A stretch of DNA of 52,814 bases from a virus (Duplodnaviria; Caudoviricetes), in IMG/VR virus record IMGVR_UViG_3300025151_000048, positions 1-52,814 of that record; one strand, given 5' to 3'. Positions 31,637-41,732 of the stretch are shown in pieces. A model generated the notes under the pieces. The model did not search any database. It was not told where the DNA came from and worked only from the letters and a program-made list of their open reading frames with translations. Each line of letters opens with the position of its first letter. The stretch's first letter is position 1. A program made the translations under genes and the position numbers.

Positions 31637-32128
31637 TTAACATTGTGTGCTAGAAGATACTTGCTCATCTTCAACTTCTATATGATAATAATAACCAAAG
31701 TGAGGCCCAATTTTATAATTACCATCACTTAATGGAGTAGTACCCGCTGAATCTGAATAAACACTATCATTAACCCCCGGTAGTGTACTACTGCCATCAT
31801 GATAATAAGTTTGATTAACAAATGCGCTACCTAAACTACAAGGTGATTTTGATTGTACAGTAGAGCTAGTATAACTAGTTAAAGATGCTGTTGCGTCTTT
31901 ATCGTAACTATAAAAACTTTGAAAAGTAACAGGTGTTGTGCTTGGTGGATAAGAAGCACTATTAGTATTTATTGATGGATAAGATTGCCCTGACCCATAT
32001 GAATTTCCACCCGCAACTAAATCCCTAACAGATATAGGGTTTGTAATTGTTCCTGAGCCCCAAGTGCCATATGCGCATTCTTGAGCCATATTTTTCAAAT
32101 TTAAAGCACCACTACCTGGAATTGCCAT
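31637..32128 (-). CDS. Tail-fibre tip/associated protein
   Basis: 163 aa, Ser/Thr-rich; MAIPGSGALNL N-terminus; overlaps the end of the fibre gene. Confidence 0.55.
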   Translation of the reverse strand: MAIPGSGALNLKNMAQECAYGTWGSGTITNPISVRDLVAGGNSYGSGQSYPSINTNSASYPPSTTPVTFQSFYSYDKDATASLTSYTSSTVQSKSPCSLGSAFVNQTYYHDGSSTLPGVNDSVYSDSAGTTPLSDGNYKIGPHFGYYYHIEVEDEQVSSSTQC

Positions 32129-35100
32129 CTTTTACTTGTTTTTTAAGTTCTTCAACTTCAGCTTTTAAATCTTTAATAGCTTCAATTAAATACCCTGTTA
32201 AGTTACCATATGATACACCCAATGTATCATTTGTTTCAGTAACTAATTCTGGAGCTACTTCTTGCATTTCTTGCGCTATAACCCCAGCCCCTGGGTTGTT
32301 AGTATCTATTCTAGTAAAACTAACACCGCGCATGTCGTATACTTTAGAGCCATCTAAAGTTTTAATATCTTTCTTTAATTTTCTGTCAGAGAATGCTACA
32401 ACGTCATTATTAAATGTTGCTTTACCAGCTTCCGACATATCTACTGTTAAGGCCGTAATAGCGGACATTCCATCTTCCCCTTTAAGAATAAAATCACAAT
32501 CAGAATTTACAATGTCTATTGTAAAGTCCCCTCTGGAAACATCTAATTGAGGTGTTGAATCACAATTAAATGTAAATGCTGTAGTGCCAGAGTCCTGCAT
32601 ATATATTTGATCGCCTGCCGCATCCAATGTAATATCACCGCTACAATCTATTTTAAAGCTACCGGTAACATCCATTTCTGGAGTGGAATCTAAATTAAAT
32701 ACAATACGCTCTGAGCCGCCATCTTTAAATCTAATTTGATCACCCGCAGCATCAAATATAATATCCCCTACATTAGTATCAAAATACCAATTAGAGCCAT
32801 CATGTAATATAGACGCGTCTCCATCAGAACTTGCTCCGGTACCAAAATGACACCCTACACTGTCAGGGAAGCCTGCTTTTATATTAAAATAAACAACATC
32901 ACCACCGGTTACCGCATGCATTAACTCCATGTATTGAGTATCACCACCAGCTCCTAACATTAATTCATCATTCGCCATTACTGTAATATCACCAGAGCCG
33001 TCTATTGTAAAGTTACCAGTAACATCTAACTCAGGCGTTGAATCTACATTTAAAGTAACAATTGTTGAACCCGCATGCTTAAAGTTTATTTGTTCACCAT
33101 CAGCATCTAAATTAATATCTCCCGGAGCATCAATAGTAAAGTTACCAGTACCGCTTTCTGAAAGAACAACGTCATTACTACCATCAGAGGTAATAGACAT
33201 ATCACCTACAATTTCTAATCTATCTGCACTTTCATCCCACAGCATATATTTACCAGCGGTAGCTCCATGAAATTTAACGTCATAACCAGTATCATCTACA
33301 CCGACTGTTACATTGCCATTTATTTGGGTGGTAGCGTCTATTGTAGTGGTTCCATTTAGATAACTAGTTCCATTGTTATAAAAATCATAACTTGTATTTG
33401 TAGCACCAATATATAGTCCGTCTGCTTGTAAATCTCCAGTACAAGTTATATCTTGAGAGGAGTCTATTGAAAGAGCACTTGTACCAGCTGTTACTATTCT
33501 AAAAGTATCATCACCTCCTCCAAAACCAAAATATGTATTAGTAGGATCTTCACCTATATGATAAATATCACCAGCTATATTCATTGTTCCAGAAAAAGAC
33601 GTATTTGTTGCTGTTATTCCAGAATTAAATGTTGCATATCCAGCATCTGACATATCTAACGTAAGGGCTGTAATATCTGCGCCACCATCTGTACCTTTAA
33701 ATATAATATCAGCATCATCAGCGGATTGGTCTATGAATAAATCCCCTGTATTATTATAAATATAAGAATTACTTCCGTCATGGTATAAATCTAAATCTTT
33801 GCCTGCACCAAGTGTTATATGCGATTTATCTGCCCAGATAGTATATGTTGCGGTTGTTACACTGCCGTCATGTGTTGCTTCACCACCATCAAGCCAAAAA
33901 TATGTTGTAAAACCACCATTCCCATCATCTGCCCTAAAAGCAATATCTTTATCAGTAGCTGTTGATTTTATTTCAAGATCACCAGTAACATTTAAAATAC
34001 TACTCATATCACTACCTGTACTACTATGATAGATTCTTAAATCTCCACCACTGGCGTCACCAAGTTCTATTTGTTTTTCATCAGGTATAATTATGTCCCC
34101 TAAAAAAGTTGCATTACCAGTATCTAAAGCTATTGTTAAAGGTGTTATACTAGTTGTTGAAATAGTAAAATCAGTACCCGTTGCTGTTAATGATGGATCT
34201 AAGCCACCACCCGCTAAGTTGTTAAATGTTAATACTGGTGTTGATTTTGCTATGGTAACATTACCTGCAAAAGTTGCAGATGAATCATTATTTTCTAAAT
34301 ATAATATATCATCACCATCGCCATCTATAAATTTAAAACCACCTCTACCTGCTGTTCCACCTGTAGCTGCGTTTGTTTTAAAATCTAATCTACCATAACC
34401 AGCAGCAGCATCACCAGTATTTTCTACTCTTTCTAAAGTTGTTACAATGTCAGCTGTAGTTATTTTAAAATTATCATAAGGTGTACCACCAGCTAATCTA
34501 TTTACATTTATAGTTCCGCTTATTGTAACATCACCTGCAAAAGTTGATGTTCCTGTTCCAGCAACTGTTATACCACTATTAAAATGTGCCCAACCAGCAT
34601 CTGACATATCTAATCTAAAAGCTGTTATATTTGTTCCGCTAGTTCCATTCCCATCATTACCAAGAAATTTTATATCTTTATCTTCGGTAATATTTTTTAT
34701 AACAAAATCTTGAGAACTATTTGATAATCTACCAAATTCAGCACTACTAGCTCCTCTTAATACTATGTCATTTCCACCTGAATCTAATCTTATATCATCT
34801 ACAGCAGCAATAGTAAAATCACCACTACTACTTTCTGCAAGTGTAGCGGAATTACTACCATCTTCAGAAATATATAAAGTACCTTCTAAATAATTTTTTG
34901 ATGCCCCAGTAGAGTATATTCCCCAGTGGTTTGTTACAGTTGCGCCTCCTGCAACTGCCGAACTGCCATAAAACTGATAACCACTAGTAACTGTGCCATC
35001 ATTTATATCAAGAATACCATGAACAGCCCTTGCAGTATTCATTGTGGCACTATCTACTTCCATTTCTACTTCAAATCTCCCGCCATCTGCATAGGTAAAC

Positions 35101-36065
35101 ATACCTCCACCACCACCAGTTGTAGTATCTACTTTTCCAAATACTCCATATACATTACTAATTACTTTGTCACTATCAGCACTCTGAGTCGCCTCAAAAT
35201 GTCCTCCATATAAATTACTTATAGTTCCACCCGCATTATCAGCTTGTGCGGAACCATGAACACCTTTAGCATTATTTACTGCTCCAGCTGTATGTCCGGC
35301 GATAGTTTGAAATCTACCTCCTGATACATTACTTACAGTATCATATGCAGTAGTTCTACCATTTTTAGCATAAGAATATACCCCATAAAGTAAATCAGCA
35401 TCTCCAGTATCAACTACATTTGCTTCTAAACCATATAATCTAACTTCATCTGATGTATCTCCACTTGTAGATGAACTGTCTAAATCTGCATATATTGCTC
35501 TATATGTTCTATCAGCTGAAACCGCTGTTGAACCTGATACATTAAAATCTGATTTAAAATTAGTATAATTTACATCATCATCAGTAGATACATCGTGCTT
35601 TAGTTTAAACCTATCGGTAGTAGAAGGTGCCCCACCAAATCCTAGATACTGCTTAGAACCACTTAATAGTAGTTCCATATTTTCATTACTTGTAACGCTT
35701 GAGTTTAATCCAAAATTAAATATACTATCTTTTGCACCAAAATAAACAGTTGTGTCGTTATCTGCTAGGGTAAATTTAGCTGTATCATCTGTACTTGCCA
35801 TTGAGAGTAACACGTTCCCAGTCCCAGAATCAATACTGATACCAGAAGATAAATTTTGAAAAAATGCTTGTGTTTCAGATATGTATAATTTTCTGCTACC
35901 ATTTACAGCAAAACCAACTTGATGGTCACCAGGCCAGTACATACCAGTATTAGTGTCTCCAGTGTTACCTATTGCTGGGGCACTTACACTGCCATCAGGC
36001 AAAGATAATACTCCTGATACAGTTAATGTACCGGTAATAGATTGATTGCAAATTACATTTGACAT
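32112..36065 (-). CDS. Tail fibre with C-terminal peptidase S74 intramolecular chaperone
   Basis: 1317 aa, Gly/Asp/Thr-rich repeats; FSDRKLKKDIKTL...GVIAQE...VSYGNLTGYLIEAIKDL is the S74 signature. Confidence 0.9.
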   Translation of the reverse strand: MSNVICNQSITGTLTVSGVLSLPDGSVSAPAIGNTGDTNTGMYWPGDHQVGFAVNGSRKLYISETQAFFQNLSSGISIDSGTGNVLLSMASTDDTAKFTLADNDTTVYFGAKDSIFNFGLNSSVTSNENMELLLSGSKQYLGFGGAPSTTDRFKLKHDVSTDDDVNYTNFKSDFNVSGSTAVSADRTYRAIYADLDSSSTSGDTSDEVRLYGLEANVVDTGDADLLYGVYSYAKNGRTTAYDTVSNVSGGRFQTIAGHTAGAVNNAKGVHGSAQADNAGGTISNLYGGHFEATQSADSDKVISNVYGVFGKVDTTTGGGGGMFTYADGGRFEVEMEVDSATMNTARAVHGILDINDGTVTSGYQFYGSSAVAGGATVTNHWGIYSTGASKNYLEGTLYISEDGSNSATLAESSSGDFTIAAVDDIRLDSGGNDIVLRGASSAEFGRLSNSSQDFVIKNITEDKDIKFLGNDGNGTSGTNITAFRLDMSDAGWAHFNSGITVAGTGTSTFAGDVTISGTINVNRLAGGTPYDNFKITTADIVTTLERVENTGDAAAGYGRLDFKTNAATGGTAGRGGFKFIDGDGDDILYLENNDSSATFAGNVTIAKSTPVLTFNNLAGGGLDPSLTATGTDFTISTTSITPLTIALDTGNATFLGDIIIPDEKQIELGDASGGDLRIYHSSTGSDMSSILNVTGDLEIKSTATDKDIAFRADDGNGGFTTYFWLDGGEATHDGSVTTATYTIWADKSHITLGAGKDLDLYHDGSNSYIYNNTGDLFIDQSADDADIIFKGTDGGADITALTLDMSDAGYATFNSGITATNTSFSGTMNIAGDIYHIGEDPTNTYFGFGGGDDTFRIVTAGTSALSIDSSQDITCTGDLQADGLYIGATNTSYDFYNNGTSYLNGTTTIDATTQINGNVTVGVDDTGYDVKFHGATAGKYMLWDESADRLEIVGDMSITSDGSNDVVLSESGTGNFTIDAPGDINLDADGEQINFKHAGSTIVTLNVDSTPELDVTGNFTIDGSGDITVMANDELMLGAGGDTQYMELMHAVTGGDVVYFNIKAGFPDSVGCHFGTGASSDGDASILHDGSNWYFDTNVGDIIFDAAGDQIRFKDGGSERIVFNLDSTPEMDVTGSFKIDCSGDITLDAAGDQIYMQDSGTTAFTFNCDSTPQLDVSRGDFTIDIVNSDCDFILKGEDGMSAITALTVDMSEAGKATFNNDVVAFSDRKLKKDIKTLDGSKVYDMRGVSFTRIDTNNPGAGVIAQEMQEVAPELVTETNDTLGVSYGNLTGYLIEAIKDLKAEVEELKKQVKDGNSR

Positions 36066-36084
36066 TTATTTTATTTTATTTTGT

Positions 36085-38457
36085 TTACCCACACGGTCTC
36101 ATGTTGACAGAATAAGTGTCATCAGTTATATTTCCGTTGAATAAAATTGTTAACGTAGTACCGTCAGTTGCCCTAGTTATACATGGATATACTGTTGAAA
36201 AGTCACTTTGAAGCATTACTTCTACCATTACTTTTCTTGAATCCATTGAACCAAAGTTTGACATTGTAATTACATATGTTGTTGTACCAGCACCACTATC
36301 ATAAGTTCTGGCTATACCAGTTGTATCGTCATCTAAATGCTCATTACCATATCCTTTTGCAGCATTAGAAAGCATTGAAGGTTCAACTGCTCCAGCTTGA
36401 ATAGTTGCAGCTGCCGTAACATTACCACTACCATCAAAACTTGGAGATGTCCAAACAACATCACCAGTCATACCTATTGTTCTACCTGTAGCTAAAGCTG
36501 TTGCTGTTGTAGCATTACCAGCAAAAGTTGTAGCGGTCATAGTACCAGTGCTAGGATTATATGTAAGACCAGTATCTGTTTCTATTCCTTGACTACCGGT
36601 TGCGCCATCAACAAAAGTTGGGTAAACTGTTTCATCTGAACTGTTATTCGCTGACGCTGTAACGTTGGTGGCTACTGTTGCAGTATCCGCTGTACCAGTT
36701 ACATCACCAGTTATATTACCAGTAAATGTTGCTGTAACACCTGTTGTGGTTAGCATTCCAGTACTTGGATTATAAGTTAATCCTGTATCAGATTCCGCGC
36801 CTTGTGTACCAGTAGCTCCATCTACAAATATTGGGTATACAGTTTCATTTGTAGAGTTGTTAGCAGATACCGTAATATTTGTTGCAACAGTGGCTGTATC
36901 AGCAGTACCTGTCACATCACCTGTCACATCACCTGTCACATTACCTTCTAAGTTTGCAACTAATGTACCTTTTGTTTCTATGTCCGCAGTGTTCCCTGGT
37001 TCTGTCGTTGTAAGTCCAAGATACCATTTAGGCGTAGATATACCCGTGCTAGCATCATAATACATTACATTATATTTAGTACCAGAAGCAACTATTTTAC
37101 CATACCATCCAATATCAACCGAGTTAGCTGAATTATCTTTAGCGTATTTAAACATGTTGTCACCGATAGCGACTGTTGTTGAATCAATAATTGTTGATGT
37201 ACCATTTACTGTTAAATCACCAGCTACTGTTAAATTATCTGCTACAGTCGTTTCAGAAGTTGAATGACCTATTGTAATTGCAGTACCACTTATACCAGTA
37301 CCAATAGAAACTGATTCGCTTGAATTCCCGGTATCTATTATTAAATAAGCATCACTACCTTGTTTTATTGTAAGAGCAGTAGCTGAATTATCACTTACTG
37401 CTATATTAATATCTGTACCATCTGCAGATATACTATCTAAAGCAATATCGCCAACATTTGTTATATTACCATCTGATACACTTAAGCTATCAACTGTTGC
37501 AGCGCCTGTATTAAATGTACTACTACCATTATCTATATTACCAAATCCTGAACTTATTGCCCCACCGCCTAAAGTACCAACACTTGTTATATTTGTTTGC
37601 GCCGCCGTTTGTAAAGTTCCTGCTAATTGAGTTGCAGTTAATCTTCCAGTGGATGGATTATAATAAAAATCACCATCCATTTCAAGACCTACATTACCAG
37701 TAGAGCTTGTTGCACCTTCAACAAATGTGATTAAATTATTTTCGTTTGTACTTTCATTATCTGTAACTAAAACATGCGCAGCATTCGTTGCATCTGTTAC
37801 AGTTATACCCGCTATATATGTGCTTAATGCTGTTCCAGCAACCGTATAAGCATCAGCCTCCATAGTTCCATCAATATCAGCATTACCTGAAATATCTAAA
37901 GAAGCACCATCAATTTCTCCAGTTACTGTGATACTATCTACATAAGCATCTTTCCATCTTACTGAACTTGAACCTAAATCAACATCACTATCAGTTTCTG
38001 GTCCAAATATTCCATCCGCTACATATACTTGTTCTGCATTGTCAGCATAGAAATGAATTTGATTTGCTGTTTCAAAATCTATTTTAGTTTGGTCGTCTTC
38101 ACCAAGTTTAAGATCTGTTGCAAGTATACTAGTTATAGTGGTTTGAGCTGCACTTACTTCAATATCATCTGCATTAGCAGTAATACCATTACCACCTATA
38201 ACATTTAATGTTGGTATTGGTCCACTTAAATTTGTACCTGTCATACCAGTACCTGCTACAATTGCAGTTAAGTCACCAGTTGCTGACCCTAATGCAACCC
38301 AACTAGATCCATCATGATATTTTAATTTGTTACTATCGCCGGTATCAACATATAATGCCCCGATAGAAGCAGTTGGCGCCGACCCGCTTGCGAACACTCG
38401 CATATTTTGCAACACATTGTTGTTTATATCGAGATTACATAAATATTTTAAAGCCAT
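36085..38457 (-). CDS. Tail fibre protein
   Basis: 790 aa; GNVTGDVTG repeats and a duplicated ANNS.ETVYP.FVDGATG.QG.E.DTGLTYNPSTG module. Confidence 0.8.
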   Translation of the reverse strand: MALKYLCNLDINNNVLQNMRVFASGSAPTASIGALYVDTGDSNKLKYHDGSSWVALGSATGDLTAIVAGTGMTGTNLSGPIPTLNVIGGNGITANADDIEVSAAQTTITSILATDLKLGEDDQTKIDFETANQIHFYADNAEQVYVADGIFGPETDSDVDLGSSSVRWKDAYVDSITVTGEIDGASLDISGNADIDGTMEADAYTVAGTALSTYIAGITVTDATNAAHVLVTDNESTNENNLITFVEGATSSTGNVGLEMDGDFYYNPSTGRLTATQLAGTLQTAAQTNITSVGTLGGGAISSGFGNIDNGSSTFNTGAATVDSLSVSDGNITNVGDIALDSISADGTDINIAVSDNSATALTIKQGSDAYLIIDTGNSSESVSIGTGISGTAITIGHSTSETTVADNLTVAGDLTVNGTSTIIDSTTVAIGDNMFKYAKDNSANSVDIGWYGKIVASGTKYNVMYYDASTGISTPKWYLGLTTTEPGNTADIETKGTLVANLEGNVTGDVTGDVTGTADTATVATNITVSANNSTNETVYPIFVDGATGTQGAESDTGLTYNPSTGMLTTTGVTATFTGNITGDVTGTADTATVATNVTASANNSSDETVYPTFVDGATGSQGIETDTGLTYNPSTGTMTATTFAGNATTATALATGRTIGMTGDVVWTSPSFDGSGNVTAAATIQAGAVEPSMLSNAAKGYGNEHLDDDTTGIARTYDSGAGTTTYVITMSNFGSMDSRKVMVEVMLQSDFSTVYPCITRATDGTTLTILFNGNITDDTYSVNMRPCG
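36907..36941. repeat. 12 bp tandem repeat (ACCTGTCACATC, about 3 copies) within the fibre gene
   Basis: Direct reading; in frame, encodes (N/D)VTG repeats. Confidence 0.8.
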
Positions 38458-38482
38458 AGTTTTTTTGTTTTATTTTAATTTG

Positions 38483-39178
38483 TTAGTTTAAATATGCTTT
38501 ACCAGAGTTTGCACTTGATAAAGTCACTGTTACATTATTTGCGTCTATATATTCTACTTCTCCTTGAACTTGATCACCTGTAGGTAAAACTATTGTTACA
38601 GAAGGATTTTTATTTAAGTTATGGTTAATAGACCATGTAGTCGCTACGCTAGCTTGGTAATGTATATAATTTAAATCTTTCTTTTTACTTGTTATAGTAT
38701 AATATTGATTATTAATTAAACTACCATTGCCGCTTTTATAAGTTATAGCCAGTGTGTAAAAATTACTATCACCAGCTAAATTTGTTAAAGTGTCTAAGCT
38801 ATAAATACCAAAAACATTTGGATTATCTATAGATGTTATTGTTATTTCAGTAGAGATCCAAGTATCTATAAGATTTACTCTAGTATTTACAGTATCACCG
38901 TAATTATATTTACTAGCTATAATTGATGTTAATCCATTAAATGCAACTTCATCAGCAGATGCTGTTGCAAAAGATAGACTACCCTTCTTTCTTCCGCCAG
39001 TCATTTTAGAATCAAAGAAATAAGAAACCATCGGCGCACCTAGATTATTAAAGTAAGTTATAGACTTACCTAAAGCATCTAAAGAATATTGTTTTGTGGC
39101 CCCGCCCTGGTCAGAACCCAATAATAAATCTGATTTTGATGGATCGGAATCTATTGGATACTTATTAATTCTAGCCAT
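38483..39178 (-). CDS. Virion structural (fibre-anchoring) protein
   Basis: 231 aa; C-terminal WSINHNLNKNPSVTIV..GEVEYID..SGKAYLN domain seen in tail proteins. Confidence 0.55.
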   Translation of the reverse strand: MARINKYPIDSDPSKSDLLLGSDQGGATKQYSLDALGKSITYFNNLGAPMVSYFFDSKMTGGRKKGSLSFATASADEVAFNGLTSIIASKYNYGDTVNTRVNLIDTWISTEITITSIDNPNVFGIYSLDTLTNLAGDSNFYTLAITYKSGNGSLINNQYYTITSKKKDLNYIHYQASVATTWSINHNLNKNPSVTIVLPTGDQVQGEVEYIDANNVTVTLSSANSGKAYLN

Positions 39179-39634
39179 TTATTTTTTGAATATACTTGTT
39201 ACCTTTTCTCCACTACGTCCGCCGAAATACGCTAATACAACAGCCATCATTACTTTTTCAAAAGTATCATTCCATGTAACTCCTATATTAAAAGGTATTG
39301 ACTCTACACTATCTAATATACCAGCTAAAGAAAATATTACAATACACCATACTAAAACTAGTGGGCGTACATTTTTTGAAAGCCAAGAATCAGATGCAGC
39401 GTCTGCTTGCCATCTCGAAGTTATAGCTTCTATTTCTTTATTTTGTTGTTCGTATATTAATTGTTGAAGTTTAATTTTATCGTCATTACTAGCGTCTGAT
39501 TTGCCAATAGCAGATATAGCTTCCTCTGGGGAAGTAACCCCTTTTAGAACATTACCCAAAGTTGGGTTAATTACAGAGGCCGCGCCAAATAAAAGTTGCC
39601 CTACGGTTGTATCTTTAAATTTCTTTTTACTCAT
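39179..39634 (-). CDS. Holin (GTA 3TM-holin-like)
   Basis: RWQADAASDSWLSKNVRP followed by two hydrophobic helices and AYFGGRS. Confidence 0.75.
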   Translation of the reverse strand: MSKKKFKDTTVGQLLFGAASVINPTLGNVLKGVTSPEEAISAIGKSDASNDDKIKLQQLIYEQQNKEIEAITSRWQADAASDSWLSKNVRPLVLVWCIVIFSLAGILDSVESIPFNIGVTWNDTFEKVMMAVVLAYFGGRSGEKVTSIFKK

Positions 39635-39839
39635 TTTTTAAGGGTTTTTCTATAACATATTTAGCTCCAGGAAATGTATAATCAAAACCAGGATACATAA
39701 CTTTAGTATAGCCTCTATCATCTATACCTAAAACTTTATGTTCTACACCTTTCATTGTTATTTTATTTCCTTTAATTATATTATAAGGGTTATGTCTGTC
39801 TGGACTATCTTTTAAATATCCTTTTATTGAGAAGCTCAT
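39627..39839 (-). CDS. Hypothetical protein
   Basis: 70 aa; ITMKGV..VLGID..MYPG.DYTFPG..V.E.P; coupled to neighbours. Confidence 0.65.
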   Translation of the reverse strand: MSFSIKGYLKDSPDRHNPYNIIKGNKITMKGVEHKVLGIDDRGYTKVMYPGFDYTFPGAKYVIEKPLKNE

Positions 39840-40912
39840 TACTTGCCTCTTTTAGCTCTATTCTTAATTCTTTTTTCAAGCCTCTTCTTTTTCTTTTCGC
39901 TTATACCTTTTCTGTTAAGCTTACCTTGAAGTCTTCTAGTTCTATTTGATGTAGTACTTCCGTCGCCAAAACCATGTTTTTCATACAATCTTCTAGTTCT
40001 ATTATCCATATACTTACCAGCCTCAATATCAATATTTCTTGGCATTTGGCCTACATCAGCTGCGGCCATTGCGTCATATAACTCTGGAGAACCTGCAGTA
40101 TAGCCACCTTCGTTAATTAATTTACTTTCAAGTGCTTTATATTCATCAGCATTAAGTGGTCTTCCTGAAGTACCTTGATTATGCTGACCTAAATTAACAC
40201 CCATCATATTTCTTGTATGTGGGGAATCTTCAGCTAAATTAAATACTGAAAGATCTGAATCTGTAGCTCCTGATAAAATTGCTAAATCTTCAGCTCCAGG
40301 CTCCATACCTCTTCTTATAGCTCTTCTAACTCTTCTATTAGCTGCTGCTCTTTTTCTTTCTGATGATCTACCTATAACATTAATCATTCTTTGATTACGT
40401 CTTGCTTGGTGAGGAGTTAATATATTTGTATCTCTACCTTCATATGATCTTGAAAAGCTTTCTTGGTGCATTTGATCATCTCCACCACCCTCAGCACAAT
40501 CACATGTTTGAGTTGCTTCATTCCATACAGGTGTTGAACCATCAGCACAAGCCTCATATTCAGAACAACGATCAAATTGGTCATCTGGCAACCTATCACA
40601 ATTTACTTCTGGACAAGTTGGGCTAGTACCGCTTTCTACACCTTCACAACATTTTGCCCATTTATCTACGTCATCTCTTCTTGAAGCGTTAACTAAAACA
40701 TCATCAGCCCCTTCTAGCTCTTGGTCTAGAGTTACTCCACCTGCACCTATATTTATATTTGATTCTACATTAGGATCATCAATACGTTGTAAAAATGGAG
40801 TTTCACCCCATAGGTCATTACCTTGCCCGTCTCCGGCGAATCTAGGATTGACCGGCATGATTTGTCTGTTGTGCCCTAATTTAAGAGAGCCTCTTTTCAT
40901 TCTAAAAGCCAT
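39839..40912 (-). CDS. Putative internal virion protein with Cys-rich insert and basic C-terminus
   Basis: 357 aa; starts MAFRMK, has TPFLQ motif, 8-Cys segment and Arg/Lys-rich tail. Confidence 0.55.
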   Translation of the reverse strand: MAFRMKRGSLKLGHNRQIMPVNPRFAGDGQGNDLWGETPFLQRIDDPNVESNINIGAGGVTLDQELEGADDVLVNASRRDDVDKWAKCCEGVESGTSPTCPEVNCDRLPDDQFDRCSEYEACADGSTPVWNEATQTCDCAEGGGDDQMHQESFSRSYEGRDTNILTPHQARRNQRMINVIGRSSERKRAAANRRVRRAIRRGMEPGAEDLAILSGATDSDLSVFNLAEDSPHTRNMMGVNLGQHNQGTSGRPLNADEYKALESKLINEGGYTAGSPELYDAMAAADVGQMPRNIDIEAGKYMDNRTRRLYEKHGFGDGSTTSNRTRRLQGKLNRKGISEKKKKRLEKRIKNRAKRGK

Positions 40913-40919
40913 AATTTAT

Positions 40920-41369
40920 TTATTCTGTTGTTTCTATTGGTTTACCACACCTACCTTTTTTCTCATCCCAGGCTCTACCTAGTTCTGAGCAAGCTGATTT
41001 TGCTTTTTCTAATTTAGCAGCTTCTTCCGCGTCTATTTTAGCATGTTCATTATCTCTACATTCTTGGTGCTTCATTCCTTCTAATCCTCCGCAAGGATCT
41101 ATTGGTTCATTTTCGTTTTGACATTTTTTTAATGCAAGACCTTTAAGACCTTGCTCAATACAACTTTTTCCTTCGCTTGCTGCTTCAGCTGCTTCAGTAG
41201 TTGCACCTATACCCATTCCAGCTTCCATTGCGCCCATTATATTTGTAAAGCCTAAACCTGCAGCAGCGCCAGCGCCATGTACCAAATTTGCGTCAGCCTG
41301 TTTTATTGGCGAAACACTATCTACCATGCCTGGGCGAATTACATTGTTATATCTTAATTTAAATGCCAT
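40920..41369 (-). CDS. Putative internal virion protein (SPIKQ motif)
   Basis: 149 aa; MAFKLR..SPIKQADANLVHGAGAA; three Cys pairs. Confidence 0.55.
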   Translation of the reverse strand: MAFKLRYNNVIRPGMVDSVSPIKQADANLVHGAGAAAGLGFTNIMGAMEAGMGIGATTEAAEAASEGKSCIEQGLKGLALKKCQNENEPIDPCGGLEGMKHQECRDNEHAKIDAEEAAKLEKAKSACSELGRAWDEKKGRCGKPIETTE

Positions 41370-41380
41370 AATTTAGTTTG

Positions 41381-41731
41381 TTATGCGTTACCGTACGCGC
41401 GTTGTTTTGCTGATGCTTCCCAAGGAAATCTTCCATCGCCTTCTTTTAGCCATTTACCTTTCCAAAGAATTTTACCATTACCTCTAGGATAACTATTTCC
41501 ATTCCAAATAACTTCATTGTCATTGTAACTTAGTTTACCTGTTTTCATGTCTTCTTGGTGTTTAAGCTCCTCCTTAACAGCATATGCCTGTCTAGCCGGC
41601 GAAGCGTCTTCACTTACAAATATAGTACCATCCATATTAGCTTCAGCTACAACACCTGGCTCTAATTTTTTTTCAATTACAGGATGACTGCTTCTTTGCT
41701 TAAATGGTGAATTAAGTTGTATATAAGTCAT
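41381..41731 (-). CDS. Putative small zincin-like metallopeptidase (EExxH variant)
   Basis: 116 aa; beta-strand AEANMDGTIFV, helix AVKEELKHQ, downstream PWE third-ligand-like motif; N-terminal SPFKQ. Confidence 0.45.
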   Translation of the reverse strand: MTYIQLNSPFKQRSSHPVIEKKLEPGVVAEANMDGTIFVSEDASPARQAYAVKEELKHQEDMKTGKLSYNDNEVIWNGNSYPRGNGKILWKGKWLKEGDGRFPWEASAKQRAYGNA

Positions 41732-41732
41732 T

